Shown here piece after piece: positions 1-9,114 of a stretch of 64,000 bases of DNA. Position numbers and translations under genes: made by a program. Positions within the stretch are counted from its first letter, which is position 1. Every line of letters begins with the position of its first letter. The notes under the pieces were generated by a model. It had not been told where the DNA came from. It searched no databases and saw nothing but the letters and a program-made list of their open reading frames with translations. The DNA is from an uncultured Planctomycetaceae bacterium (GTDB taxonomy: Bacteria > Planctomycetota > Planctomycetia > Isosphaerales > Isosphaeraceae): contig CAWIAD010000002.1 in NCBI GenBank assembly GCA_963833985.1, forward strand, positions 256,001 to 320,000. The letters are read 5' to 3'.

Positions 1-38
1 TGCGGACCGTGGCTTGACAAGCCAAGGTTGGGCCGTCG

Positions 39-236
39 TTAAGTTCCGATCGTATCTTTTTTCCTTTTTCGCGCCTGGAAGCGACCAAACGTGGCTCCAA
101 CGGAAAACCCGATCGTTCCAAGGATGCCCATGTAATAGAATAGATCAAACTCCCCATTTAGGAACTGAGAGGGGAGGATCAGAACTGAAAGTAGGCCGAC
201 GACGGCTCCGACGAAGGCCGGCGTGACTGTTTTCAA
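39..236 (-). CDS. Small two-TM membrane protein, candidate immunity protein
   Basis: TTG start after GGTGGGAG gives MKTVTPAFVGAVVGLLSVLILP...YYMGILGTIGFSVGATFGRFQARKRKK: two hydrophobic helices and a basic tail. Lies directly downstream of the Rhs toxin gene. Start uncertain. Confidence 0.5.
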   Translation of the reverse strand: MKTVTPAFVGAVVGLLSVLILPSQFLNGEFDLFYYMGILGTIGFSVGATFGRFQARKRKKDTIGT

Positions 237-280
237 GCCAGGCTCCCACCTGAGGATCAAGGGGGGGGGATGCCTACTGC

Positions 281-1004
281 TTACCAGATTAGTTGAGGCA
301 TGTGGCCGGTGGAGTTGCTTTGGATGGGATAGGTGACCGGGGTGTTTGTGGGCCAAGGGTCAAGAATCAACGGTACGGGGTCGGGCCTTCTACCTGTGGT
401 AAGGCCCGTCAAGTCGTAAGGCATGGGGGTCACGATATTCATTTGGTGCTGGAGTCCACGGATTCGTGTACGTTCCCCATCTCACATTGAAGTATTTCCA
501 CTGCCTCGTGGACAGTGCCATGTTTACAGCGGTCGCCCAGTTGTCACAATCTGGGGTCCGCTCGTTTCGCAGAATTCGAGTGGTGCAGTAGCCTGGGGAG
601 GCGTCCGAGTGCGTCTTTAGAAAGTTTTGCACAGCATCTACGTAAAGCCTCGCTATCTCGGCTGCCTCGTCCTTGGCGTCTTGGGGAATGTCGTCGGGGT
701 CTAGCCGTCGGGCATTCTTTCCGAATCCTGTCTGAGGGTAACGCTGTAGCATTTGTATCAATTCACTTTTTACGGTTCCGACGTAGCCGTTGTAAAGCCA
801 TTGGATATTCTGAAGGTTCTTTTGTGCCGGAGTAATTCCGGACAGGCCGTCGTAGCCGCCGGGGGGCGGCAACTCAAGTAAACCAGTCGGATCAACCGCC
901 CACGTTGGTGCGTTGCCGACGTAGCGGTAAAGATTGGCGTCCCCGCCCTCGAAGGCGATCGGGTCTTCGGCGGTCCATCGACCAATGGTCGAGTCGTACG
1001 ACAT
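281..1004 (-). CDS. Stand-alone Rhs-core protein with C-terminal papain/transglutaminase-fold toxin domain (frameshift near 457)
   Basis: Begins MSYDSTIGRWTAEDPIAFEGGDANLYRYVGNAPTWAVDPTGL (Rhs core). The called ORF stops at 390, but another frame continues GLQHQMNIVTP...PLILDPW...QLIW* to 281. Confidence 0.8.
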
Positions 1005-1016
1005 GGAAAGCCCCCC

Positions 1017-1976
1017 CTAGCTAGGAACGTAACAGGCAACCTGTTCCACATCGGGGATTGGATCTCTCATCAGACGTTCGAGCACCTCTAGGGCGATGAC
1101 GTGTCGCTCAGTCTCAATCGGTAGGCCCGGGTAACGACGCCGAGCCGGAAAGTAGATTCTCAACTTCGGTGTTGCCGCCGGGACCCCGCCGCACAAGGTC
1201 ATTCTCCGCTGCTTGAGCAGGCCCCAAAGGCAGAGGTCGAGAAGTTGGTCGTCTGTCACCACGGAGCAGGCCGTTGCGAAGCAATCGACCGCCTCCCTGA
1301 GCCGTCCATTCGCCCGCAGATTGTGACCACGCTTCGACCAGGCGCGGGCAACTTCCTCACGAGGCGTAAGCGAGCGGAGGAACCTCGCCCCGGTCTCCCA
1401 GATCGTGCCACGGATGTCGACCGGCCAAGCGAGATAGTACGCATCGGGATGTGTATTGAGCCCCGTGTTGTTGATCTCGATGTTGAATCGTTCGCCGGAG
1501 GGGTCGTCCCACCGTGCGAACAAATGGCGGGCCGTCGTGACAAGCTTGAGCGGATAGCCGAGCCGCCGACCCACGGCTACCAGCAAGACCGGCAGCGAGG
1601 CGCACGTACCGCCGCGACCCTCGATGATCCCGTGAATAAAGTCGTCACGGGAGTCAGTGAACGACTCAGGATCGTCAACCCGTTCCTTGTTGTAACGGAC
1701 TCCCAGGCCGCGCCAGAGGACGTTCATTATCGCCACGACGCGAAAGATGCCCTCGGAGTTGTCATAGGCCTCGGGGCGACTACGGAACTGATCGAAGGCC
1801 CAAGCGGTCTGGCGGCGTGCCCACGCGGTTGCGTGATCCAACCAGGCGAGACAGGATTGGATATTCAGCCGCTCTGACCCCTGCAGCCCAACGGCTAAGG
1901 CCAGATCTACCGCCGCTATGTCGAAGGCGTCACACTCCGAGTCCATCGGATTGCGCAGCATTTCAAGAGTCAGCAT
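1017..1976 (-). CDS. Transglutaminase-like (SirB1/Transglut_core2-type) protein with TPR-like C-terminus
   Basis: Motifs GGTCASLPVLLVAVGRRLGYPL, RHLFARW and FNIE, followed by the TPR-like segment KRGHNLRANGRLREAVDCFATA. Confidence 0.8.
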   Translation of the reverse strand: MLTLEMLRNPMDSECDAFDIAAVDLALAVGLQGSERLNIQSCLAWLDHATAWARRQTAWAFDQFRSRPEAYDNSEGIFRVVAIMNVLWRGLGVRYNKERVDDPESFTDSRDDFIHGIIEGRGGTCASLPVLLVAVGRRLGYPLKLVTTARHLFARWDDPSGERFNIEINNTGLNTHPDAYYLAWPVDIRGTIWETGARFLRSLTPREEVARAWSKRGHNLRANGRLREAVDCFATACSVVTDDQLLDLCLWGLLKQRRMTLCGGVPAATPKLRIYFPARRRYPGLPIETERHVIALEVLERLMRDPIPDVEQVACYVPS

Positions 1977-2179
1977 GCATCTGCGCCCCCGGGTCAGAGA
2001 TGCGTCAAATCAGCAACTTTGATAAGCCAGAAATCAAGGAAGGCGAGCAATTGCCGTGGGTTTCGGTCGCTTGCCTTATGTTCTGTGAGTCCGGCAGGGC
2101 GAAAACCAGAGTCGCAAGTTGGCCGCGGCCTGGCTGAAGATCCCGCCAGCCACGTTCGATATACAATGTGATTTCGGAC

Positions 2180-2209
2180 GCTATAACACGCTCCGGCCGA
2201 CATCGTCAA
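2180..2209 (-). promoter_or_regulatory. Possible sigma70-type promoter for the transglutaminase/Rhs operon
   Basis: Minus strand TTGACG-N18-TATAGC with an extended -10 TG and an AT-rich upstream tract. Confidence 0.35.
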
Positions 2210-2242
2210 GGAAAAAACCGAACGATTATTATTTGCTCTCGT

Positions 2243-4519
2243 TCAGGGTATCGGGCCGGACGGGAGATTCTGTTCGAGAAAGCGGGTCATGAGCTCGAAG
2301 AGATGGCGGCGCGTGCCCTCGCCCTCGCTGATGGCGTGGGTGCGATTGGGGTAGGCCATCATCGAGAAGGGCTTGTTCAACGCGATCAGCCGATCAACGA
2401 GCGCCTCGCAGTTCTGGTAGTGCACGTTGTCATCGCCCGTGCCGTGAACCAGCAGCAGGTTGCCTTTCAGTCCCCCGGCATGAGTGATGGGCGAGCCGTC
2501 CTTGTAGCCTTCCGGGTTGTCTTCGGGCAGGCCCATGTAGCGCTCCTGATAGATCGTGTCATAGTAGTGCTGGTCGGCGACGAAAGCCACGGCCACGCCG
2601 GTCTGGTACAGGTCCGGGTAGCGGAAGAGGCAGTCGAGGGTCATGGAACCGCCACCGCTCCAGCCCCAGATGGCCACCCGCCGGCGATCCAGAAAGGGCC
2701 AGCGATCGAGCAGCGCCTGGAGCGCCTGGGCCTGCTCGCGCGGGGCCAGGATGCCGACCTGGCGGTACACGCATTTTCGCCATTCGCGCCCTCGCGGTGC
2801 CGGGGTTCCACGGTTATCGACGCTGAGCACGATGTACCCCTTCTGGGCCAGCATGCGGTGCCAGAGATACGTGTCTCCGCCCCATTCATCGACGACGTTC
2901 TGTGACGCGGGCTCGCCATAGACGTGCACGAGCAGGGGATACTTTCGGGTCGGGTCGAAGCCGGGGGGCTTGATGCACCAGCCGTCGAGCGCTGCACCGC
3001 CGGGAATTTCCACCCGGAAGAACTCGCCGCGGTCGCCCACAAGGGCGTCAAGCTTGCCCCTGAGCTTTGCATTGCCCACGAGTGTCCGCACGACACGGTG
3101 ATCGGGCATGCTCACCAGCTCGGTGACCGGCGGCCGGCCGAACGACGAGAAGGTGTGGAAGGCCCAGGCGCAGCCCGGTGCGAACCCGTAATGATGCGTG
3201 CCGGGCTGATCCAGCGGCGTGACCCGGCGGGCCTGCCCGGAGCCATCGAGCGGTACCCGGTATAGGTAGCTCTGGGTCGGGTTCGCGGGCGAAGCCATGT
3301 AGTAGGCATGCTTGTGCTTCTCGTCGACGGCCACAACCCGGATGACGTCCATGTCGCCTGTCATGAGCCGCAGGGCGCGATTCTCACGGGTCCGCACGGT
3401 CTCCAGCCTGCGCCAGCCCTCCCGATCAGCCGTCCAGGTGAATGCCTGGCCGTGGTCGAAGAAATGGAGGTCATCGGCCACGTCCACCCAGGCGTCGTCC
3501 CGATCGGTGAGCACGCTCCGCACGCTGCCGTCGCGGGAATCCGCACGCAGCACCTCCAGCACATTCTGGCGGCGGTTCAGGTGCTGGATGAGCAGCTCGT
3601 GCGAGTCCGGAACCCAGCTCATGCGGACGATGTAGTTGTCGCGCGGGTCGCCTGGAACGGCGATCCACCGGGTCGCGCCGCCACCAACCGGAACCACGCC
3701 GACGCGCGCCGACGAGTTCTTCTGGCCGGTGCGCGGATAGCGCACGGGAACGACCCTGGGGTAGAGCCCGGCCGCGGTATTCAGGATCGGATATTCGGGA
3801 ACGCCCGTGCTGTCGAGCTGCCAGTACGCGATCGACTTGCCGTCGGGGCTCCAGCGGTACCCGTTGCGCAGGAAGAGTTCTTCCTCGTACACCCAGTCGA
3901 ACGTGCCGTTGACGAGGGTTGGTGACCTGTCGGTCGTGAGCGCCGTGATCTGGCCGGTGGCGGCCTCCTCGACATACAGGTTGTTGTCGCGCACGTAGGC
4001 GACCTTCTGTCCCGCCGGGTCGAACGTTGCGAACATCAGCGAGGCCTCCGGCGCCTTGCCGCCCAGCTTGCGCAAGGTCCGGGTCTCTCGGTCGAACAGC
4101 CAGTAGTCGCCGCGCGTGTTCATCCGCCAGACCTTGCGGGTGTTCGTGAACAACAGCAGCTTGCGGCTGTCCTTGCTGATCGCAAAATCGGCGGGATGGA
4201 GCGGCTCACGTGCCCCGCTCGAAGTCAGTTCGGTGGTGGAAACGAGCACCTCGCGCCGGCCGCTGGCCGGATCATGGCGGACGATCTCCGGCCGTTTCCC
4301 GTCCTCGGACGCTTCCAGCGCCAGATACGCGGAGCCGTCCTCCAGCCAGTGATGCGTGGCGGAAGACTCACCGTCAAACTCTTCGGACGTGATCCGGGCC
4401 ACCGTGAGTTGCGCGGGTGATACCGGCGGCGCCTGGGCCATGCCCCGGTGCGGCACCAAGAGCATTATCGCGAGAAGACTGGAGGCCTGCAACCGGCAGC
4501 AACGAGGTGAAAGCAGCAC
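2243..4519 (-). CDS. S9B dipeptidyl peptidase IV family serine peptidase
   Basis: GTFDWVYEEEL, nucleophile motif GWSGGG, DDNVH and THAI catalytic residues. Signal peptide; GTG start at 4519 follows GGAG. Confidence 0.93.
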   Translation of the reverse strand: MLLSPRCCRLQASSLLAIMLLVPHRGMAQAPPVSPAQLTVARITSEEFDGESSATHHWLEDGSAYLALEASEDGKRPEIVRHDPASGRREVLVSTTELTSSGAREPLHPADFAISKDSRKLLLFTNTRKVWRMNTRGDYWLFDRETRTLRKLGGKAPEASLMFATFDPAGQKVAYVRDNNLYVEEAATGQITALTTDRSPTLVNGTFDWVYEEELFLRNGYRWSPDGKSIAYWQLDSTGVPEYPILNTAAGLYPRVVPVRYPRTGQKNSSARVGVVPVGGGATRWIAVPGDPRDNYIVRMSWVPDSHELLIQHLNRRQNVLEVLRADSRDGSVRSVLTDRDDAWVDVADDLHFFDHGQAFTWTADREGWRRLETVRTRENRALRLMTGDMDVIRVVAVDEKHKHAYYMASPANPTQSYLYRVPLDGSGQARRVTPLDQPGTHHYGFAPGCAWAFHTFSSFGRPPVTELVSMPDHRVVRTLVGNAKLRGKLDALVGDRGEFFRVEIPGGAALDGWCIKPPGFDPTRKYPLLVHVYGEPASQNVVDEWGGDTYLWHRMLAQKGYIVLSVDNRGTPAPRGREWRKCVYRQVGILAPREQAQALQALLDRWPFLDRRRVAIWGWSGGGSMTLDCLFRYPDLYQTGVAVAFVADQHYYDTIYQERYMGLPEDNPEGYKDGSPITHAGGLKGNLLLVHGTGDDNVHYQNCEALVDRLIALNKPFSMMAYPNRTHAISEGEGTRRHLFELMTRFLEQNLPSGPIP

Positions 4520-5022
4520 GTATGACTCCCTGCGAGCGTGAGGAACGCGGTCCACTGCCGCCATGAAATCCGACAGCACGATCCATGTCATCCGTATAAC
4601 CCGGCCCCGACTTTCGGCCCGTAACGATTAAACCGCCGGGTTTTCCGTAATCCTGTCAAATACTGTGGAGAAGGGAGCTACCCTTTGTGTATCCAAGTTG
4701 TCTCGCCATTGTCCCGACGGCCCCGAGGCCGGGCAAGATAGCTGCATCCCGGGATTGCTGGCAAAGATCTCGGGATGGTGTTCATGGCAAGGGACGGAAA
4801 ACTGGGTCGGCATCGCTGCCGCCCGATCATCCCCGCTCGAGGAGGAGAAAGACAGAAAGGATAGGAGGCCCCGCCGGTCGAGTCTGGGGGGCGACGTCAG
4901 GGAAGGTTGGTTCTCCGTGGGCACTTGCATGTGCGAGTGCCAACCGGACGGCGAGCGGCGAGCGCCCAGCGCAACCAGCGCGCCGGACACCTTGATACGC
5001 CCAACATGCGCCGGAGCCTGCC

Positions 5023-6636
5023 ATGCCGTTCTACACCATCAGGTCGCTTGGAGAGCGTCTCGCTGTCGTCTGCAAGGAAGTGTGTGATGGAGCCAGCGGA
5101 AGTGGCGGTGCACGGGAACTCCGCAAAGGACGACAGCGCCGGCGACCGTGTTGCGACCCGCTCGAAGGACGCTTGCTCATGACCGTCACGCCGGGCTACG
5201 ACTACGTGCTCTCAGGATATAGCTGGCCGGATCCCGCACACATCACCTACAGCATCGCCCCGGACGGCGTGTTCTGGGACCACGGCACGAATAACCTGAA
5301 TGCAACCTTCAATGCCAGGTTCGGCACCAGCGGCGCATGGCAGGCTCAGATCGCTCAAGCCCTGGCGACCTGGGAGTCGGTCGCCAACATCAACATCGCG
5401 CCGGTGTCCGACGGCCCGTACGACCTGAACACGCTCGGGCTGTCCCAGGGAGACCTGCGGTTCGGTGATATCCGGGTCGGCGGCTATTCCTTCCTCGACA
5501 CGACCATCACCCTGGCGCAGACTTACTTTCCACCCCCGAATGGCGCGACGGCCGCGGGAGACGTCGAGCTGAACACGTCGATGAGCTTCAATATCGGATC
5601 GACGTATGATCTCTACAGCGTCGTGCTGCACGAGACCGGCCACTCGCTGGGGCTGGAGGAGGCGCCCAATCCGACAGAGGTGATGGCCATCAATTACGCG
5701 GGCGTCCGCTCGGGCCTGCAACCCGGCGACATCGCGGGCATCCAGGCCATTTACGGGGCAAGAACGCAGGACGCGTACCAGGCGCAGGGCATCGGCAATG
5801 CGTTCTATGCTCCCATCGAGATCTCCAGCAAGCTCACCACCTCGAACCAAACAGTGATTTCGGGGGTCTCGCTGGCGACCATCGGGGATACCGAGTACTA
5901 CTCGTTCGTGGCTCCAAGCTATGCCTCGGGACGGCTCCAGGTCACGGCTGCCGCGGCCGGCGTGAGCATGCTCAGCCCCCAGGTGAGCCTCTATAATGGC
6001 TCGGGGGCACTGCTGGCCCAGGCGAGCAACCCGTCTGCCTGGAGCGACAACGTGACGGCCAGCATTGCCAGCCTGACGCCAGGCCAGCGCTACTTCGTGG
6101 CAGTGACGGGCGACACCCACAACGTCTTCGACGTGGGCGCTTACCAGCTTGTTGTCTCGCTGCCGCAGAGCACCCCGCCCGTTCCGCAGTCTCCGACCCC
6201 ACAGCCTCCCGTCACGCCCACGCCCACGCCGACACCAACACCGACTCCGACACCGACTCCCACGCCTACGCCGCGGCCTACAGCCACGAATACCACTCCG
6301 CAGAGCGCGCTGCGGCTGGGCCGGATCACGCAATCGACTCTGCCGAACCTCGTCTTCAGCTCGGGCCCATCCGTCGAGTACTTCAACTTCCAGGCGGGCG
6401 GTGCGGGGACGGTCCAGATCAGCGCGGCCGGGGCGCTGGTTCAGGTGTTCAATGCGCGCGGCAGGCTGATCGCCCAGGGCACGAACCAGGTGAACATCGC
6501 GGGAGCAAAGGCGGGGACGGCGTACTCTCTCAGGATCAGGCCGGCGAGCAATCCTCCCTTGGCGTCCTACAGCCTCTCGATCGCAATCAAGCGTCCGCTG
6601 CCCGCCGTCCGGCGCGCCACGCGGCCCAGGCGATGA
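5023..6636 (+). CDS. Exported matrixin (M10-like) metalloprotease with PPC-like domains and a PT linker
   Basis: RRRPCCDPLEGRLLM export motif, ALATWE, GDIRVG, HETGHSLGLEE and Met-turn EVMA. The true start is probably slightly downstream of 5023. Confidence 0.85.
   Translation: MPFYTIRSLGERLAVVCKEVCDGASGSGGARELRKGRQRRRPCCDPLEGRLLMTVTPGYDYVLSGYSWPDPAHITYSIAPDGVFWDHGTNNLNATFNARFGTSGAWQAQIAQALATWESVANINIAPVSDGPYDLNTLGLSQGDLRFGDIRVGGYSFLDTTITLAQTYFPPPNGATAAGDVELNTSMSFNIGSTYDLYSVVLHETGHSLGLEEAPNPTEVMAINYAGVRSGLQPGDIAGIQAIYGARTQDAYQAQGIGNAFYAPIEISSKLTTSNQTVISGVSLATIGDTEYYSFVAPSYASGRLQVTAAAAGVSMLSPQVSLYNGSGALLAQASNPSAWSDNVTASIASLTPGQRYFVAVTGDTHNVFDVGAYQLVVSLPQSTPPVPQSPTPQPPVTPTPTPTPTPTPTPTPTPTPRPTATNTTPQSALRLGRITQSTLPNLVFSSGPSVEYFNFQAGGAGTVQISAAGALVQVFNARGRLIAQGTNQVNIAGAKAGTAYSLRIRPASNPPLASYSLSIAIKRPLPAVRRATRPRR
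6211..6282 (+). repeat. Coding Pro-Thr (PT)n linker repeat
   Basis: Encodes VTPTPTPTPTPTPTPTPTPTPRPT with varied codons. Confidence 0.85.
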
Positions 6637-6690
6637 CGTCGATGAGCAGCGGGAGACCGCGTTGTTCCAAGCTCCGGGCTCTCCAACCGC

Positions 6691-7158
6691 TCAGTGTGGC
6701 CGGACCTGGATGGTCGTCGGCTGGACGCCACGAACATCCGTACTGACAACCAGGCGTCCTGCCGGTGCTCCGTCGCGGCCGAGGTTCGACTGTCCGTTCC
6801 AGGTGGCCGAATGCGTGATCGATTCGCCCGGCTGGAGCGTCTGGAGCTGGACGAACATCGGCTGCATTCCCGTCTTCGAGGCCCACAGCGCGCGGCTGCC
6901 CCGGGCCACGAAGAAGCCGCCCAGGCTGGGCCCCGAAGGCACGGCGACCGCCTGCTGGCTCGTGTTCGTCTCCGTCAGCGTCATGATGACAGGCTCGCCG
7001 CGGTGGTAGACGTGGCGGTCGGTGGAGAGCCGTACGACGAGCCCCTGGCTGGCTGGTGCGGGGGAGGGTGCCGGCGCTGTCATGATCGGCGCTGACATCA
7101 TGGAGAGCAGGGCCCTGGGCTCCAGCGGTTCCAGCACAAGGGCACGCAAGCGTTTCAT
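6691..7158 (-). CDS. Small exported protein with BsuPI-like (proteinase inhibitor, Ig-fold) domain
   Basis: GGAG RBS and MKRLRALVLEPLEPRALLS export motif. LSTDRHVYHRGEPVIMTLTETN...LW...TLQPGESITHSATWNG resembles BsuPI-type domains. Confidence 0.65.
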   Translation of the reverse strand: MKRLRALVLEPLEPRALLSMMSAPIMTAPAPSPAPASQGLVVRLSTDRHVYHRGEPVIMTLTETNTSQQAVAVPSGPSLGGFFVARGSRALWASKTGMQPMFVQLQTLQPGESITHSATWNGQSNLGRDGAPAGRLVVSTDVRGVQPTTIQVRPH

Positions 7159-7328
7159 GGGAGGGACTCCTTTCCCGTTCCGGACCGGCCGGCGCATGCA
7201 ACCGGCGTCCGGTTCCAGTGGGTGCTATATAGGGTTTTTCCGGGAAGTCGTCCAGAAGAACCGGGCGCAGCGGAATTCCCCAGAATGTCATGCGTAGCCG
7301 ATATTCCGGCTTCCGCGCGGCCCCGCGC

Positions 7329-7586
7329 TCACGCGCCATGGGGGTCTACCACGATCGCTGGATCGGCGGTTTCCTTCATCCGACCGCATCGCCAGCCGCC
7401 GATCGCGGCAGCAGGCGCCATGAGGGTGATGACCAGCACCTCGGTCCGGATGACGCCCTTTCCCAGCGTTGCCGCCAGGGACACCGAGGGACCAACGGCC
7501 AGAATCAACGCCACTGCGGCCACCTGAGTGAACGGGCGGCAGCGGCCCGCTTGCTGAGATAGCCGGCCCGGAGCGCGGAGCGACAC
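7329..7586 (-). CDS. Possible small membrane protein
   Basis: Two hydrophobic stretches (VAAVALILAVG, VLVITLMAPAAAIGG). Start unclear. Confidence 0.3.
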   Translation of the reverse strand: MSLRAPGRLSQQAGRCRPFTQVAAVALILAVGPSVSLAATLGKGVIRTEVLVITLMAPAAAIGGWRCGRMKETADPAIVVDPHGA

Positions 7587-7604
7587 CGTAACCCGTGAAG
7601 CCGA

Positions 7605-8175
7605 TCATGGACGGCAGGGACGCCCGGCCGTGCGGGCATACTCAGGGTTATCGATCCGAACACGTACCCGCTCGTAATGGTGGGCGTCATGATATCCCTG
7701 CACGCGGAGCCATTGCACCAGGTTGAGCGCTCCGATCACCGGATCAGGGAGCACGACGTGGCCGAGAAGCTGCTCGTCGCGCGTGGTGTAGAAACGACGA
7801 AAAGCGGCATGCTCGGCGCAACGCTTCGTGCAGGAATTCCAGGCTCACCGGCCGCCGTGGCGTGTATCTTGGCGGCCAGATCCAGCCTACGTTCATGGGG
7901 AAGCCGGGACGTTTGTAGACGTCGTCGATCTCAGCCTGGTACGGCTGGCGGTGGAACGGGAGCGCGAAGATCGACGCGAGCGGGAAGTACGCGATCATGA
8001 GCCGGCGCGCGCAGCAGTTGATCACGCGCGTATGGTCGAGATGCTCACCGATCGACCAGACCTTCGGCCCGGGCCGATACCAGAGCACGGCGTCCGGGAG
8101 CTCGTTCAACCGCTGGAAGATGGCCTCCCGCTGGTCGTCGAGCAGCTCGAGGTATCGCATGATTATATTAAACAT
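7605..8175 (-). CDS. DinB family protein (frameshift near 7815)
   Basis: RPGPKVWSIGEHLDH, then after the frameshift AEHAAFRRFY...DPVIGALNLVQWLRVQGYHDAHHYERV, the typical DinB His motifs. Confidence 0.8.
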
Positions 8176-8343
8176 GCGTAAATGACCTCACAAATAGACC
8201 ATGGCTTCTCTTGCAGTTCCTGATTCGTCGCCGCTCACCCCGGCGCTGAGGCGCAGCAACCAGTAAGGCATTGAGAAATAAGTGATTGAAGAGGCTGTTA
8301 TTATCTATGTGTGAGCGTATACTGCGGCTGCTCCAGCGCCAGG

Positions 8344-8805
8344 TCATTTGGGCTTGTGCTGCTCGTACGTTTCCAGACAAGCCCTGGCGCGGGCCAGATC
8401 TTCCCGGAGCACTCGAACGCGTGGCCCGAAATAAGGGTTGCCCAAGGCCAACGGATTCGTGACAGCGGCCCCGGCTCCTCTCAAGCGGAGGTCCTGACTG
8501 TCGGCGACGGCCGGGATATCCGCCTCGATCAGTCGGGCTGCAAGGTGCTCCGCCTCCATGGTGTCACGCGCCCAATAGCATTCGACAAGGTCCGAGGGGT
8601 GTGCTGCGGCCAGCTCCGTCGCCGGCCCGCCCTCTTTTCCGGCCTCGGCCGCGAGGCCGGAAAAGAGCCGCGGACCCTCGATCAGTGCTGCCGTGTCTGC
8701 CGGGACGAAGTTCAGGTCCTCAACCCCCTGCGGCGTGGTCCCGCAGCGCCAGCAGACCTCATACGCAGGATCAACCTTCGCGGTGCATTTCGGACAGGTC
8801 CACAT
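8344..8805 (-). CDS. Zinc-ribbon plus DUF2007-like protein
   Basis: GGAGG RBS; MWTCPKC...VCWRCG; EAEHLAARLIEADIPA...PRVRVLREDLARARACL. Confidence 0.75.
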   Translation of the reverse strand: MWTCPKCTAKVDPAYEVCWRCGTTPQGVEDLNFVPADTAALIEGPRLFSGLAAEAGKEGGPATELAAAHPSDLVECYWARDTMEAEHLAARLIEADIPAVADSQDLRLRGAGAAVTNPLALGNPYFGPRVRVLREDLARARACLETYEQHKPK

Positions 8806-9114
8806 GACTCGGCCTCCCGAGGGGACGCTTGGATGACTCTCTTGTGGATTCGGACGGCCTCCTGCGATATTCTCGCCGCCGACTAGCCAGGAGGTCCCCT
8901 GCCACCACACCTGGTCAGAATCGACCAGATTACGGAGCCGGATTGGTAGATTGCTCTCATTCGCCTGGGTGGCTACAATCTCCGCACTACGCGACCCGGC
9001 TTGCAATCGGGCTGTCGGGCTGCCGATGCTCCGCTCGCTGGCACGTTCAGCTCGAACGCATCAGCGTGATGCTGCGCGAGAAACGTCACAACAGGCAAAT
9101 CGGAGGCCTCGCTC

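Noticed and set aside
4592..5022. Riboswitch or ncRNA in the DPP-IV/matrixin intergenic region
   Set aside because: A few hairpins are present, but I recognise no conserved aptamer motif.
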